From Bacteroidaceae bacterium (GTDB lineage: Bacteria; Bacteroidota; Bacteroidia; Bacteroidales; Bacteroidaceae): DNA of 64,000 bases. The stretch's first letter is position 1. The number at the start of each line of letters is the position of its first letter. The position numbers were made by a program, and so were the translations under genes. The DNA lies in assembly GCA_045533955.1 (NCBI GenBank), contig JAZSIU010000011.1, forward strand, positions 20,555 to 84,554. The letters are read 5' to 3'. Shown here one piece after another: positions 1-9,269 of the stretch. Under the pieces are notes generated by a model. It searched no databases and had not been told where the DNA came from. It was given only the letters and a program-made list of their open reading frames with translations.

Positions 1-1
1 C

Positions 2-808
2 GACAAGGCGCAGCTCATCGAGGCTGTCGCCGACGCCGACGCAATTATCATCCGCAGCGATAAGATAGATAATGAGGTGCTCGAGGCCGCAAAGAGCCTG
101 AAATTGGTTGTCCGCGCCGGTGCCGGATACGACAATGTCGACCTTGCCGCCGCCACTGCGCACGGTGTGTGTGTGATGAACACTCCCGGACAGAATGCCA
201 ATGCCGTTGCCGAGCTTGCCTTTGGAATGATGGTTTATGCCTATCGTAATATGTATAATGGAATGTCGGGCCTTGAGCTCAAAGGTAAAAAACTCGGCAT
301 TCACGCCTACGGTAACGTAGGGCGCAACGTGGGCCGCATAGCCAAAGGATTCGGGATGGATATTTATATTTACGACTGCTACACTCCGCAGGAGATTGTC
401 GATGCCGACGGTGTTAAGCGCCTCGATACGGTAGAGGAACTTTACAGCACCTGCGACATTGTATCGGTGCACATTCCCGCAACGCCCGAGACGAAACAAT
501 CCATCGGAAAGGCACTCGTGGGCTCAATGCCCAAGCCTGCGTTGCTTGTAAACACCGCACGAAAAGAGGTCATCAACGAGCCCGAGCTTCTCGAGGTTCT
601 TGCCTCCCGAGGCGACCTGAAATATGTTACCGACGTCGCCCCCGATGCAATAGAGGCATTCGAGGCATTCGAGGGACGCTTCTTTGCAACGCCCAAAAAG
701 ATGGGTGCACAGACAGCCGAGGCTAATGTGAACGCAGGCATCGCTGCTGCCCGTCAGATTGTCGATTATTTCGAGAATGGTAACGAGAGATTCAGAGTGA
801 ATAAGTAA
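2..808 (+). CDS. serA: D-3-phosphoglycerate dehydrogenase-type D-2-hydroxyacid dehydrogenase; 5' end lies upstream of the window
   Basis: The frame is open from base 2, so the tracked start at 77 is an internal GTG. It has GAGYDNVD and the NAD loop YGNVGRNVG. It is followed by a DUF1015 gene, as in Bacteroidales serine-biosynthesis loci. Confidence 0.75.
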   Translation, partial: DKAQLIEAVADADAIIIRSDKIDNEVLEAAKSLKLVVRAGAGYDNVDLAAATAHGVCVMNTPGQNANAVAELAFGMMVYAYRNMYNGMSGLELKGKKLGIHAYGNVGRNVGRIAKGFGMDIYIYDCYTPQEIVDADGVKRLDTVEELYSTCDIVSVHIPATPETKQSIGKALVGSMPKPALLVNTARKEVINEPELLEVLASRGDLKYVTDVAPDAIEAFEAFEGRFFATPKKMGAQTAEANVNAGIAAARQIVDYFENGNERFRVNK

Positions 809-822
809 AAAAGCAAGATAGT

Positions 823-2070
823 ATGGCAATAATAAAACCTTTTCGCGGCGTACGTCCGCCGCAGAATCTTGTCGAGAAGGTGCAGAGCCGCCCTTACGAC
901 GTTCTAAACTCGGACGAAGCACGCGCCGAGGCCGAGGGAAATGAAATGTCGCTCTATCACATAATACGTCCCGAGATTGATTTTCCCGTTGGGACGGATG
1001 AGCACGCTCCCGAGGTATATGCCAAGGCTGCCGAGAATTTTGCAAAATTCCAACAGAATGGTTGGCTGGTTCAGGATGCAAAGGAGCAATATTACATATA
1101 TGCGCAGACAATGAACGGAAAGACGCAGTATGGTCTTGTGGTGTGCGCATACGTCGATGATTATATGAACGGCGTGATAAAGAAGCACGAACTTACCCGC
1201 AAGGATAAAGAGGAAGACCGTATGAAGCACGTGCGCGTGAACAACGCAAACATCGAGCCGGTATTTTTTGCCTTCCCCGATTGCAGCGAGCTCGACAATC
1301 TTGTGGCTCGTTACACGGCCGAGGCACCCGAGTACGACTTTACCGCACAGCTCGACGGTTTCCGCCATCAATTGTGGATTGTTGACAAGGACGAGGATAT
1401 TGCAACAATAACCAATGAATTTGCCAAAATGCCCGCACTTTATATTGCCGACGGACACCACCGCTCGGCAGCGGCAGCACTTGTGGGCAAGGAGAAGGCC
1501 GACAATAACCCCGCACATCGCGGAGACGAGGAGTACAACTATTTTATGGCAGTGTGCTTCCCCGCAAGTCTGCTTACAATCATCGACTATAATCGTGTGG
1601 TAAAAGACCTCAACGGCCTCTCACCCGAGGAGTTTTTAGCGGCACTAGAGGAGAATTTTACCGTTGAGTGTAAAGGCGGGGATATTTATAAGCCCGAGGC
1701 ACTACACAATTTCTCGCTTTATCTCGAGGGTAAATGGTACAGCCTCACCGCAAAGAGAGGCACATATGACGACAGCGACCCCATAGGAGTGCTCGACGTA
1801 ACAATCTCGTCGAACCTTATCCTTGATAATATTTTGGGAATAAAAGACCTGCGCACAAGCAAGCGCGTGGATTTTGTGGGTGGTATACGAGGCCTCGGCG
1901 AACTTAAACGTCGCGTCGATAGTGGCGAGATGAGGGCGGCTCTTGCGCTCTATCCCGTCTCAATGAAGCAACTTGTGGATATTGCCGACACGGGCAATAT
2001 TATGCCCCCAAAGACAACGTGGTTCGAGCCTAAACTGCGTTCGGGCCTTGTAATTCATAAATTAAGCTGA
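823..2070 (+). CDS. DUF1015 family protein
   Basis: 415-aa ORF placed 15 nt after serA. The ADGHHR motif and the length are typical of DUF1015. Confidence 0.8.
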   Translation: MAIIKPFRGVRPPQNLVEKVQSRPYDVLNSDEARAEAEGNEMSLYHIIRPEIDFPVGTDEHAPEVYAKAAENFAKFQQNGWLVQDAKEQYYIYAQTMNGKTQYGLVVCAYVDDYMNGVIKKHELTRKDKEEDRMKHVRVNNANIEPVFFAFPDCSELDNLVARYTAEAPEYDFTAQLDGFRHQLWIVDKDEDIATITNEFAKMPALYIADGHHRSAAAALVGKEKADNNPAHRGDEEYNYFMAVCFPASLLTIIDYNRVVKDLNGLSPEEFLAALEENFTVECKGGDIYKPEALHNFSLYLEGKWYSLTAKRGTYDDSDPIGVLDVTISSNLILDNILGIKDLRTSKRVDFVGGIRGLGELKRRVDSGEMRAALALYPVSMKQLVDIADTGNIMPPKTTWFEPKLRSGLVIHKLS

Positions 2071-2690
2071 TGCTCCCCGAGGACGTTTATAAGACAATAG
2101 ATACGGCAGGCGAGGGAATTTACACCGAGAAAAGGAGTAAATTCCTTGCCTTTGCTCTGCCCGTTACCACAATAGACGAGGTAAAAGCACAGGTCGAGGC
2201 CTATCAAAAGAGATACTACGACGCGCGCCACGTCTGTTACGCCTATCGTCTGGGCGAGCGTGGCGAGCAGGAGAGGGCCAACGACAATGGCGAGCCTTCG
2301 GGCACTGCCGGAAAGCCCATTTTAGGACAGATTCACAGCCGCGAGCTTACAAATGTGCTTGTAATTGTGGTGCGTTACTTTGGCGGAATAAAATTGGGCA
2401 CGAGCGGGTTGATTGTCGCCTATCGTCTGGCCGCAGCCGAAGCTCTGGACGCAACAGAGCACGTCGAAAAGACCATAAACGGCGAGATAACATTATCATT
2501 CTCGTACCCTCTGTTGAACGAGGTGCTGCGCATTGTAAAGGAAGAGGAGCCTAAAGTGGTGGAGCAGATTTTTGACAACGACTGCGTGGTGCGCCTCTCG
2601 ATGCGTCTTTCGCGTCTGCCGCGCCTTGTCGAGCGTTACGAAAAATTGGTGATAAGCAGTAAAGGCGACCTGAGAATTGAGAAAGACTGA
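2070..2690 (+). CDS. yigZ: YigZ / IMPACT family protein (UPF0029)
   Basis: The start overlaps the DUF1015 stop (TGATG). It has IMPACT-type N-terminal motifs (KRSKFLAF, GEPSGTAGKPIL). Confidence 0.8.
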   Translation: MLPEDVYKTIDTAGEGIYTEKRSKFLAFALPVTTIDEVKAQVEAYQKRYYDARHVCYAYRLGERGEQERANDNGEPSGTAGKPILGQIHSRELTNVLVIVVRYFGGIKLGTSGLIVAYRLAAAEALDATEHVEKTINGEITLSFSYPLLNEVLRIVKEEEPKVVEQIFDNDCVVRLSMRLSRLPRLVERYEKLVISSKGDLRIEKD

Positions 2691-2716
2691 ATCAAAAGAG
2701 ATTCAGTCTTTTTTTT
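2685..2716 (+). terminator. Rho-independent terminator after yigZ
   Basis: GACTGAATC/GATTCAGTC stem followed by T8. Confidence 0.7.
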
Positions 2717-2767
2717 GTCTGCACCGATGGTTCGCAAATAGAATCGGGTAGTGTGGGAATTTATTGC

Positions 2768-3283
2768 TCACTCTTTGTACCACGATGCGTACATTACATA
2801 GTCGTTTGCTATGCGCTCGACAATATCTTTTTGTTGCTCGGCGCTCACCTCTTTTATCTTTTTTGCAGGCACTCCGGCATATATGCAGCCACCCTCGACG
2901 CGCATCCCCGAGGTTACAAGGGCGTTGGCCGCGACAATTGCTCCGCTCTCGACCACGGCATTATCCAATATTGTAGCACCCATCCCAATGAGGCAATTAT
3001 CCTCTATTGTGGCTCCGTGAATTGTGGCGTTGTGCCCAATAGAGACGTTATTGCCAATCTTTGTAACCGAGCGTTTGTAGAGCGTGTGTATAACCGCCCC
3101 ATCCTGTATGTTCACCTTATTGCCGATGGTGATTGTGTTTACGTCGCCGCGCAGCACTGTACCGTACCATATTGAGCAGTCGTCGCCAATTGTTACGTCG
3201 CCTATTATCGCTGCCGTCTCGGCGGCGAAGCAATTTTTTCCTATACGAGGGGTGAATCCTCTTACGTTTTTTATTATAGCCAT
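2768..3283 (-). CDS. gamma-carbonic-anhydrase-like hexapeptide-repeat (left-handed beta-helix) protein
   Basis: 171 aa with hexapeptide repeats (IGDDCSIWYGTVLRGD, IGNNVSIGHNATIHG), as in the YrdA/PaaY family. Confidence 0.8.
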   Translation of the reverse strand: MAIIKNVRGFTPRIGKNCFAAETAAIIGDVTIGDDCSIWYGTVLRGDVNTITIGNKVNIQDGAVIHTLYKRSVTKIGNNVSIGHNATIHGATIEDNCLIGMGATILDNAVVESGAIVAANALVTSGMRVEGGCIYAGVPAKKIKEVSAEQQKDIVERIANDYVMYASWYKE

Positions 3284-3347
3284 AATTCGTCTTTTTTATT
3301 CCGTGGCTAAGGTAAGGATTTATTTTCTCTTGACCAAAAAAAGAGGC

Positions 3348-3599
3348 TCACGGCATAAATTCGCCCCCCACGCCATTGAGCGTCTGACGCAGAATCTGAT
3401 TCAGATTTTCGTCGTCGTGCTCTTTTTCCTTATTTAATTTTACAAGAAAATCGGCTGTCGTCTTTAGTGCCTGATTTATTGTGCCCGGGTCCTCGCAGTC
3501 GTGTGTCAGGCGCTCGAGCCGTTGAATGAGACGATGGAACAGGGCCAGCGTTTCGTTGTGTACGTCGTTGATGGTTACTTTACTGTTTTTCTTTGCCAT
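3348..3599 (-). CDS. hypothetical small protein
   Basis: 83-aa ATG ORF preceded by a TAnnTTTG box. No recognisable motif. Confidence 0.45.
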   Translation of the reverse strand: MAKKNSKVTINDVHNETLALFHRLIQRLERLTHDCEDPGTINQALKTTADFLVKLNKEKEHDDENLNQILRQTLNGVGGEFMP

Positions 3600-3622
3600 A
3601 GCGTGTGATGATTTTTAGGTTG

Positions 3623-3630
3623 CAAATATA
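3623..3630 (-). promoter_or_regulatory. Bacteroidetes -7 promoter box TATATTTG
   Basis: Matches the TAnnTTTG consensus on the minus strand, about 24 nt upstream of the ATG at 3599. Confidence 0.4.
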
Positions 3631-3759
3631 ATGCACTGTTTAAGAAATAGGTTGTGAAACTATTATAATCTTAATAGACAATAAATTAGTGATAATATCG
3701 CAACCGAATCGGACGCTTCTCGTATTTCTTTTGCACAAAACTTTTTAAATGTAAAAATT

Positions 3760-4290
3760 ATGGTAATACCGGGAATTATTAGCGGTGTAAGCGGTGCAAT
3801 GGGGCTTATATCGGGAGTGAAAGGAATTTTTGATGCGCGGTCGGCTGCTCGCAAGCAAAGAAAGTTGCTCAACGAGGGCAAGGCGTCGGAGGCTGCGTGG
3901 TACAAACGTAACTATTATGGCGACTATATGAATACCTCTATGGCGCGCGCGGCTCTTAAAAGAGTCGAGGATACGTTGCGCTCGCGCAGTAGGCAGAATA
4001 GGGGATATTCGGCGGTGAATGGGGCAACACCCGAGCTTGAGCTTGCCCGTAACCGTCAGAGTGCCGAGGTGCTCGAGAATGTGGCAACGGGGCTTGCACA
4101 GCAGGATAGTGCAACAAAAAGTCGAATCGACGCTATCCACCAGCAGAATTTGAATGCTTTGCGCAGTAGTCAGCTCAATGAGCTGAAAATGGACGAGCAG
4201 GCGGGGGCGCAGGCTGCTTCGCAGGGCTTTGGTCTATTGAACAATGCACTGATGGGGGTTAATTGGGGTAGCGAGAAAAAAACAATATAA
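3760..4290 (+). CDS. phage-like small protein with an N-terminal glycine-zipper hydrophobic segment
   Basis: 176 aa. N-terminus is MVIPGIISGVSGAMGLISGV and the rest is Ala/Gln/Arg-rich and helical. It is the first gene of a tightly packed four-gene operon that ends in a portal-like gene. Confidence 0.55.
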   Translation: MVIPGIISGVSGAMGLISGVKGIFDARSAARKQRKLLNEGKASEAAWYKRNYYGDYMNTSMARAALKRVEDTLRSRSRQNRGYSAVNGATPELELARNRQSAEVLENVATGLAQQDSATKSRIDAIHQQNLNALRSSQLNELKMDEQAGAQAASQGFGLLNNALMGVNWGSEKKTI

Positions 4291-4301
4291 TTTATTTACT
4301 T

Positions 4302-4715
4302 ATGGAAAAGAAAATTAAACAATTGGCCTCGGTTGTCGATAATGAAAATCAGAGGCTTAAGGAGGCTCGTTACCGGCACGCGGCGGCAATGGCTGCCGAT
4401 GCGGTAACTAATTTGGCCTCGATGTATGCACGTAGCCGAGGCGGTCGTTACGCGCTGGGAACAAATTTTGCTTCGCAGAGTGGCCGTGAACTATCGTCTG
4501 CGCGCGAGAATGTGTCGGCTGCCCGACGTAATTATAACGCACTTATGACAGAGCTTGCCTTTAGAGAACTTATCAACAAAAGGGGCTCGTCGGTGCCGCA
4601 AGCCTCGAGGCCGACATTGCAGGCGGGAGAAACTTTTGCACGAAAAGGAGCCGAGGGCATTCTCTCGGCCGAAAAAAATATGTCTCGTTGGGGTAAAATG
4701 TTGAAACGCAATTAA
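4302..4715 (+). CDS. phage-like small basic protein, unknown function
   Basis: 137 aa, Ala/Arg-rich. It lies 11 nt after the previous ORF and 25 nt before the giant ORF. Confidence 0.5.
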   Translation: MEKKIKQLASVVDNENQRLKEARYRHAAAMAADAVTNLASMYARSRGGRYALGTNFASQSGRELSSARENVSAARRNYNALMTELAFRELINKRGSSVPQASRPTLQAGETFARKGAEGILSAEKNMSRWGKMLKRN

Positions 4716-4740
4716 GAATTAACAATAAAAAACTATTACT

Positions 4741-7700
4741 ATGAACCTATTCAAAGAAAATGACGATTATCTGTTGAAAAAAGATGACCGACGCGGAAAA
4801 GATAATTCTTTTCGAGGCGATGGGGGTGCGGCTGTCAGTGCCGAGGATAAAGAGTATATGAACAGCCTTGCCGACGAGATGAAATTAGCAGGCGAGCAGA
4901 TGGAGCGCAGCCGCCAACGTCTCGAGGCTTGGGAGGCGAGAGATTGGGACAATTACTATAAGAGTAGTCAGAAGAATTTTCTTGTTCCAAAGGATAGCGA
5001 AGAGCGTCGTCGCCGACAGTTTGTAACCACTCCTAAAGTGGTCGATGAGGCTATCGAGGAGTATTACAACGATACTTTCCGCCCCAAAATGCAGGCCGAG
5101 CGTAAGGCGGCCGATGCAAAAGCATTTGAGGCCTATAAAAGCTATGCGACAGTCCCGGGCGCAAATGCTTCGCTTGCAATTGGTAATTTGTATAGTGAGA
5201 GCAACCCTCTGACCACGCTCGAAAAAGCAATGGCCGCACCCGACGATGGAGGGCTCGATGCAATTGCCAATCGCTATGCGCAGTATGCGGGGCTCGACCC
5301 CGACGAGTATCGTAAGCTGATACTCGAGCCGGCTCTCAGACAGAGGGCCGTAAAAGAGCTTGTCGATGAAAAAACGCCTAAAAGCACAGCTGAGTATATG
5401 TTGCGCGGTGTGCGTCGAAATTCGCTTATGGGCTCTATGGCCGACCTTGATTCCTATGGTTACAAGGGGGCCGGAGGGCATCGTTACATTGATGATATGG
5501 CAATGGAGAATTATAACCCCTCGCGCTTGGAGCGTTTCGTCTCAGGGGTGGGAGGACTTTTGCTCGATGGTGCTATGTTTGCGGGAATAGGCGCGGGTGC
5601 CTCATCGCTTGTGGGAAAAGCAACAAATACAATTGTTAATCGTGCCGCCTCGAAGATGATGCTCGAGGGTGCGACCAAAGGCCTCACACGCGAGGCGGCC
5701 GAGGCGGCTGCAAAAAAGGCTGTGCTCGGGAGCCTTAAGACGAAAATCGCGCAGAGTGCGGCGACGCAGGGACTTACTCTGGGTACCTACGATGCTGCGC
5801 ACAGCGTGGTCAGTGATATTCTGCACGGCGAGAATATTGATGCTACTGCGGCAGCATCGGCCTTTGGACGCGGAGCGGCGACGGGTGCTGCCGTGGGTGT
5901 TGTGGGCACGCCGCTGAGACACGTTTCGAGAGGATTGACAGGCGGACGCAGAGTGGCCGCATCGACGGGTATTCTGAGTGCCGAGTCGGCGGTGTTTACA
6001 GCCTCGGGCGAGCTTGGAAAAATGGCCGACGGGGTGCAGATTGAGCCCATCGACCTTGTTAACGATTTTGGCGAGAGTGCGGCTACGCTGCTTGCTATGA
6101 GGATGTTACATTGGCGCCCGTCGGGAGCCTCCGAGAAACTGAATACCGTAGGACGATTAAAGCCCGAACTGCGATTCTCGATGCCCGAGGCCGAAGAAAT
6201 TAAACGCGCGGGGGTTAATCCCGACCAATTTATCGCCAATCTCGAAAAGAGCCTTAACGTCTATTCGGCGGGTAGTGCAAAGGCTGCGCGCGATGTAAAA
6301 ATGGATTATCTGCGACTTATGTCCTTGCCCGATTTATCAATCTCGGCACGCTCGAAACTGCTTTACGTTGTCGAGAATAAACTCTCCTCGACACCGCCCG
6401 AGGCCGTCGATTATAAGGTGATTGATAAGGGCAACGGTAACTACGTCTTTTCGACCATTGATGCCGAGGGCCGTCTGCTCGAGAATATAAAGTGTCGTAG
6501 TCGCGAGGAGCTGAAGAGCCTCTACTTTACGCGTACGGGACAGATGCGTCGCAACAGAATTGCTATGCACGAGAGAATGTTGATGCAGAGTTACGACTCG
6601 CAGAATTTCTTTCGTCAGGCTGGTAAATATGCTCGTGAGACGGGCACCGACGTCAACCTAATCTCGGATATTATGTACCGCAAAGCGCGTCAAGAGGAGC
6701 TTGCGCCCAAGGAACAGGCTGTGCTCGACGATATTCTTGCACGCTCGAACTACTCGGATAGTGAGGTGGGGCAGATGCTCCACTCGCTCCGCCGCAGCCT
6801 CGAGCAAGAATACGGCCTTAACGACGGCAGCTTGCTTGGGGCAATAGACAAGAGTGCCTTCCACTGCTCAAAAGCCGAGAACGACGCACTTAACAGCTAC
6901 GAGAAAATTATGCGCAGCGAGGTTCTGAAACTATACGAAGGAGTGTCGAACAAGCGTGCCAATGAGCTCTCGTCCTACGATAATGACTATGCAGGTCTGG
7001 GAAACAGCGAGCTTAAAAAGCAGGAGCAACAAAATTTTACCACCCGTGCAATAATCACGGGCGAGGGGCTGAACGAAGGGGCGGTACCCACATTCACCGA
7101 GCAATATGGAATATTCGCAACCGACGTTCGTAAACCCAAAAATTGGGACGAGAGATATGTGTGGAACCCGCGACGCAACAAACACACGCGCGAGGATGTT
7201 GATAGAATGGCAAAGGAAGCTGTTGAATTAGGAAAGTCGCTCGGGGTTAAAATAAATGTCATTGTCGATGCGTCGCAAATTCCAATTACCGACCCCGAAT
7301 GGAATTTTAAGATGCGCTCATTTGGCTGGCTCAATGAAATGAATGGCGAGATAACAATAAATGTTCCAAACAACGAAGATATTGCCGCCGTGCGCCGAAC
7401 CGTAGTACACGAGGCTGTGGGGCACAGAGGCTTCGGACAACTTTTCGGCTACTACTATTTCGACTTTCTCGAGGAGGTCTATCAACGTTCCGACGCCGAC
7501 GTCCGCAAAAGCATCGACGAGATTGCCACTAATAATGCTTTTCATTTGCATAAAGCTGTTGACGAGTATATTGCGCGTCTTTCGGAGCGCACTATAACCA
7601 CTCCCGAGCAGCGTTCAATCTACCAGCGTTTCCGCGATTTTGTACGCGAGATGTTGCAGCGTCTGAATATTTTCCGTGAGCCCATTTCCGAGGACGAGCT

Positions 7701-9234
7701 TGTCGCGCTTATTCAACGCCATCATAGTGCAACGCTCCGACACAAAAAGTACAATTCGTACAGAAGCAGTGCCTTTCGCCCATTCGAGACAGCGGGACGC
7801 CGCGACGGCGGATACTACAATTACGACGTTGCAAAAGCACGTTACACAAGAGAAATGAACGAGAATCCTACGCTCAAGGGCTTACCAAAGGGCTTCCACA
7901 AAATACGCCGCGAACTATACGACGATGCTCCCGTAGAACCAACTTCGTATAGTTACAGAAACTATGGCGAGGAGGGTATCGGGCGATTGGACGAAATTCC
8001 CTATTTTCGGTTCAAAGACCTCGAAAAAATGAAAAGATTAAAGGACCTCGATAGATATTATAGCAAGCGCGGAATATACGAAGGCTGGCGCCAAACACCC
8101 GAAGGCGAGTGGTACGCGATAACAAGTAACACCCCCACAGAGGCAAAAGTATTCGATTATGTCTATCGTACACTGCGTGTCTATAATCCACGACAGGCGG
8201 AATACTATAAAGATATAATCTCGAAGCCCAAACACGAGCGTAGCGAAATAGAAAAAAACGCCCTCGAGACTATGCGTGGTGCAGCCGTACAGTTTGATGC
8301 CAGCGCACGTCTGAACGATATTTACTACGATTGGAAACTCTTTACTGCTTATCCTCAAATAGCCGAAATGCCTGTTATATTTGCACGCCTAAAGGATAGA
8401 AATGTGCTTTATGACGTCGAACACAAACGCTTCATTGTGGATAAGCGTGGGTTCGAGGACCCTAAATTCAGAAACGAGCTTTACTATACTATGCAGCACG
8501 TTATTGATGACATTGAAGGGTTGGGCAACAGACCTGTGCTACGCGATGATGTCGAGCGTAATACAATTATATCTTATAACGACGCCGAGCGCTATATTGA
8601 TTCAAGCAGGGGGCTCTCGGTGGTGAAGCGTGAGCCGCGTATCCGTGAGTTGTATAGGATGAGATTAGGTACAGACTTGGACAGATTAAAAGAAGAATAT
8701 CCCGATATAGATTCTTATCTTGATGATATTATAGATTTTAGGTGGCCCGATCGAAGAGGGCGGGCATTGAAGAGTTATTCTACCAATAACGACGAGTTGC
8801 GAGGCTTTCTGGGTGGCCCGATCGACCTTATTGAGAAGGTGCTCGAGAATACTTCGCGCGATAGCAAAGAAATGACATTGCGCGAGGCTGAAAATTTAAG
8901 AAGTTTCTCATTTGGTATTCCACAGTATAGTTTGCCTAAATATGTCCCGTTGCCGGTCTTGAAGAGGAAGCATTTTGAACCTGTAACTAAAGAAACTTAC
9001 GAACAGCAAGAGCCTAAAATACGTCCTATCGAGGATATATTACGTGAGTATGAATTTTTGTATGGCCCGGGCGAAAATTCCATAAAACCCAAATTTATTA
9101 AAATAAATACGACTAAAGGAAGGTATATACCACCCTTTAGACAGAATTACTTAGATGCAGATGGAAACACTCCTTACCGTCCGTTAGAGGAGATTCTTAA
9201 GGAATTTAACGAAAAGTATGGAAAGTCGTATTAA
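4741..9234 (+). CDS. giant phage-like protein (polyvalent / internal-virion-protein-like) with Gly/Ala-rich hydrophobic segments and an HEAVGH motif
   Basis: Uninterrupted 1497-aa ORF with an N-terminal coiled-coil-like region. Gly/Ala-rich hydrophobic runs at about aa 270-440 (GVGGLLLDGAMFAGIGAGASSLVG, GAATGAAVGVVG). HEAVGH at aa 890-895 (nt 7408-7425). Confidence 0.6.
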   Translation: MNLFKENDDYLLKKDDRRGKDNSFRGDGGAAVSAEDKEYMNSLADEMKLAGEQMERSRQRLEAWEARDWDNYYKSSQKNFLVPKDSEERRRRQFVTTPKVVDEAIEEYYNDTFRPKMQAERKAADAKAFEAYKSYATVPGANASLAIGNLYSESNPLTTLEKAMAAPDDGGLDAIANRYAQYAGLDPDEYRKLILEPALRQRAVKELVDEKTPKSTAEYMLRGVRRNSLMGSMADLDSYGYKGAGGHRYIDDMAMENYNPSRLERFVSGVGGLLLDGAMFAGIGAGASSLVGKATNTIVNRAASKMMLEGATKGLTREAAEAAAKKAVLGSLKTKIAQSAATQGLTLGTYDAAHSVVSDILHGENIDATAAASAFGRGAATGAAVGVVGTPLRHVSRGLTGGRRVAASTGILSAESAVFTASGELGKMADGVQIEPIDLVNDFGESAATLLAMRMLHWRPSGASEKLNTVGRLKPELRFSMPEAEEIKRAGVNPDQFIANLEKSLNVYSAGSAKAARDVKMDYLRLMSLPDLSISARSKLLYVVENKLSSTPPEAVDYKVIDKGNGNYVFSTIDAEGRLLENIKCRSREELKSLYFTRTGQMRRNRIAMHERMLMQSYDSQNFFRQAGKYARETGTDVNLISDIMYRKARQEELAPKEQAVLDDILARSNYSDSEVGQMLHSLRRSLEQEYGLNDGSLLGAIDKSAFHCSKAENDALNSYEKIMRSEVLKLYEGVSNKRANELSSYDNDYAGLGNSELKKQEQQNFTTRAIITGEGLNEGAVPTFTEQYGIFATDVRKPKNWDERYVWNPRRNKHTREDVDRMAKEAVELGKSLGVKINVIVDASQIPITDPEWNFKMRSFGWLNEMNGEITINVPNNEDIAAVRRTVVHEAVGHRGFGQLFGYYYFDFLEEVYQRSDADVRKSIDEIATNNAFHLHKAVDEYIARLSERTITTPEQRSIYQRFRDFVREMLQRLNIFREPISEDELVALIQRHHSATLRHKKYNSYRSSAFRPFETAGRRDGGYYNYDVAKARYTREMNENPTLKGLPKGFHKIRRELYDDAPVEPTSYSYRNYGEEGIGRLDEIPYFRFKDLEKMKRLKDLDRYYSKRGIYEGWRQTPEGEWYAITSNTPTEAKVFDYVYRTLRVYNPRQAEYYKDIISKPKHERSEIEKNALETMRGAAVQFDASARLNDIYYDWKLFTAYPQIAEMPVIFARLKDRNVLYDVEHKRFIVDKRGFEDPKFRNELYYTMQHVIDDIEGLGNRPVLRDDVERNTIISYNDAERYIDSSRGLSVVKREPRIRELYRMRLGTDLDRLKEEYPDIDSYLDDIIDFRWPDRRGRALKSYSTNNDELRGFLGGPIDLIEKVLENTSRDSKEMTLREAENLRSFSFGIPQYSLPKYVPLPVLKRKHFEPVTKETYEQQEPKIRPIEDILREYEFLYGPGENSIKPKFIKINTTKGRYIPPFRQNYLDADGNTPYRPLEEILKEFNEKYGKSY

Positions 9235-9269
9235 ATATTTGTAGGACGAATAATTTATTTAAAAAGACT

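Noticed and set aside
2753-3437. Plus-strand ORFs (140, 70, 69 and 117 aa) overlapping the hexapeptide-repeat gene.
   Set aside because: The minus-strand gene shows clear hexapeptide periodicity. The plus-strand ORFs are its shadows.
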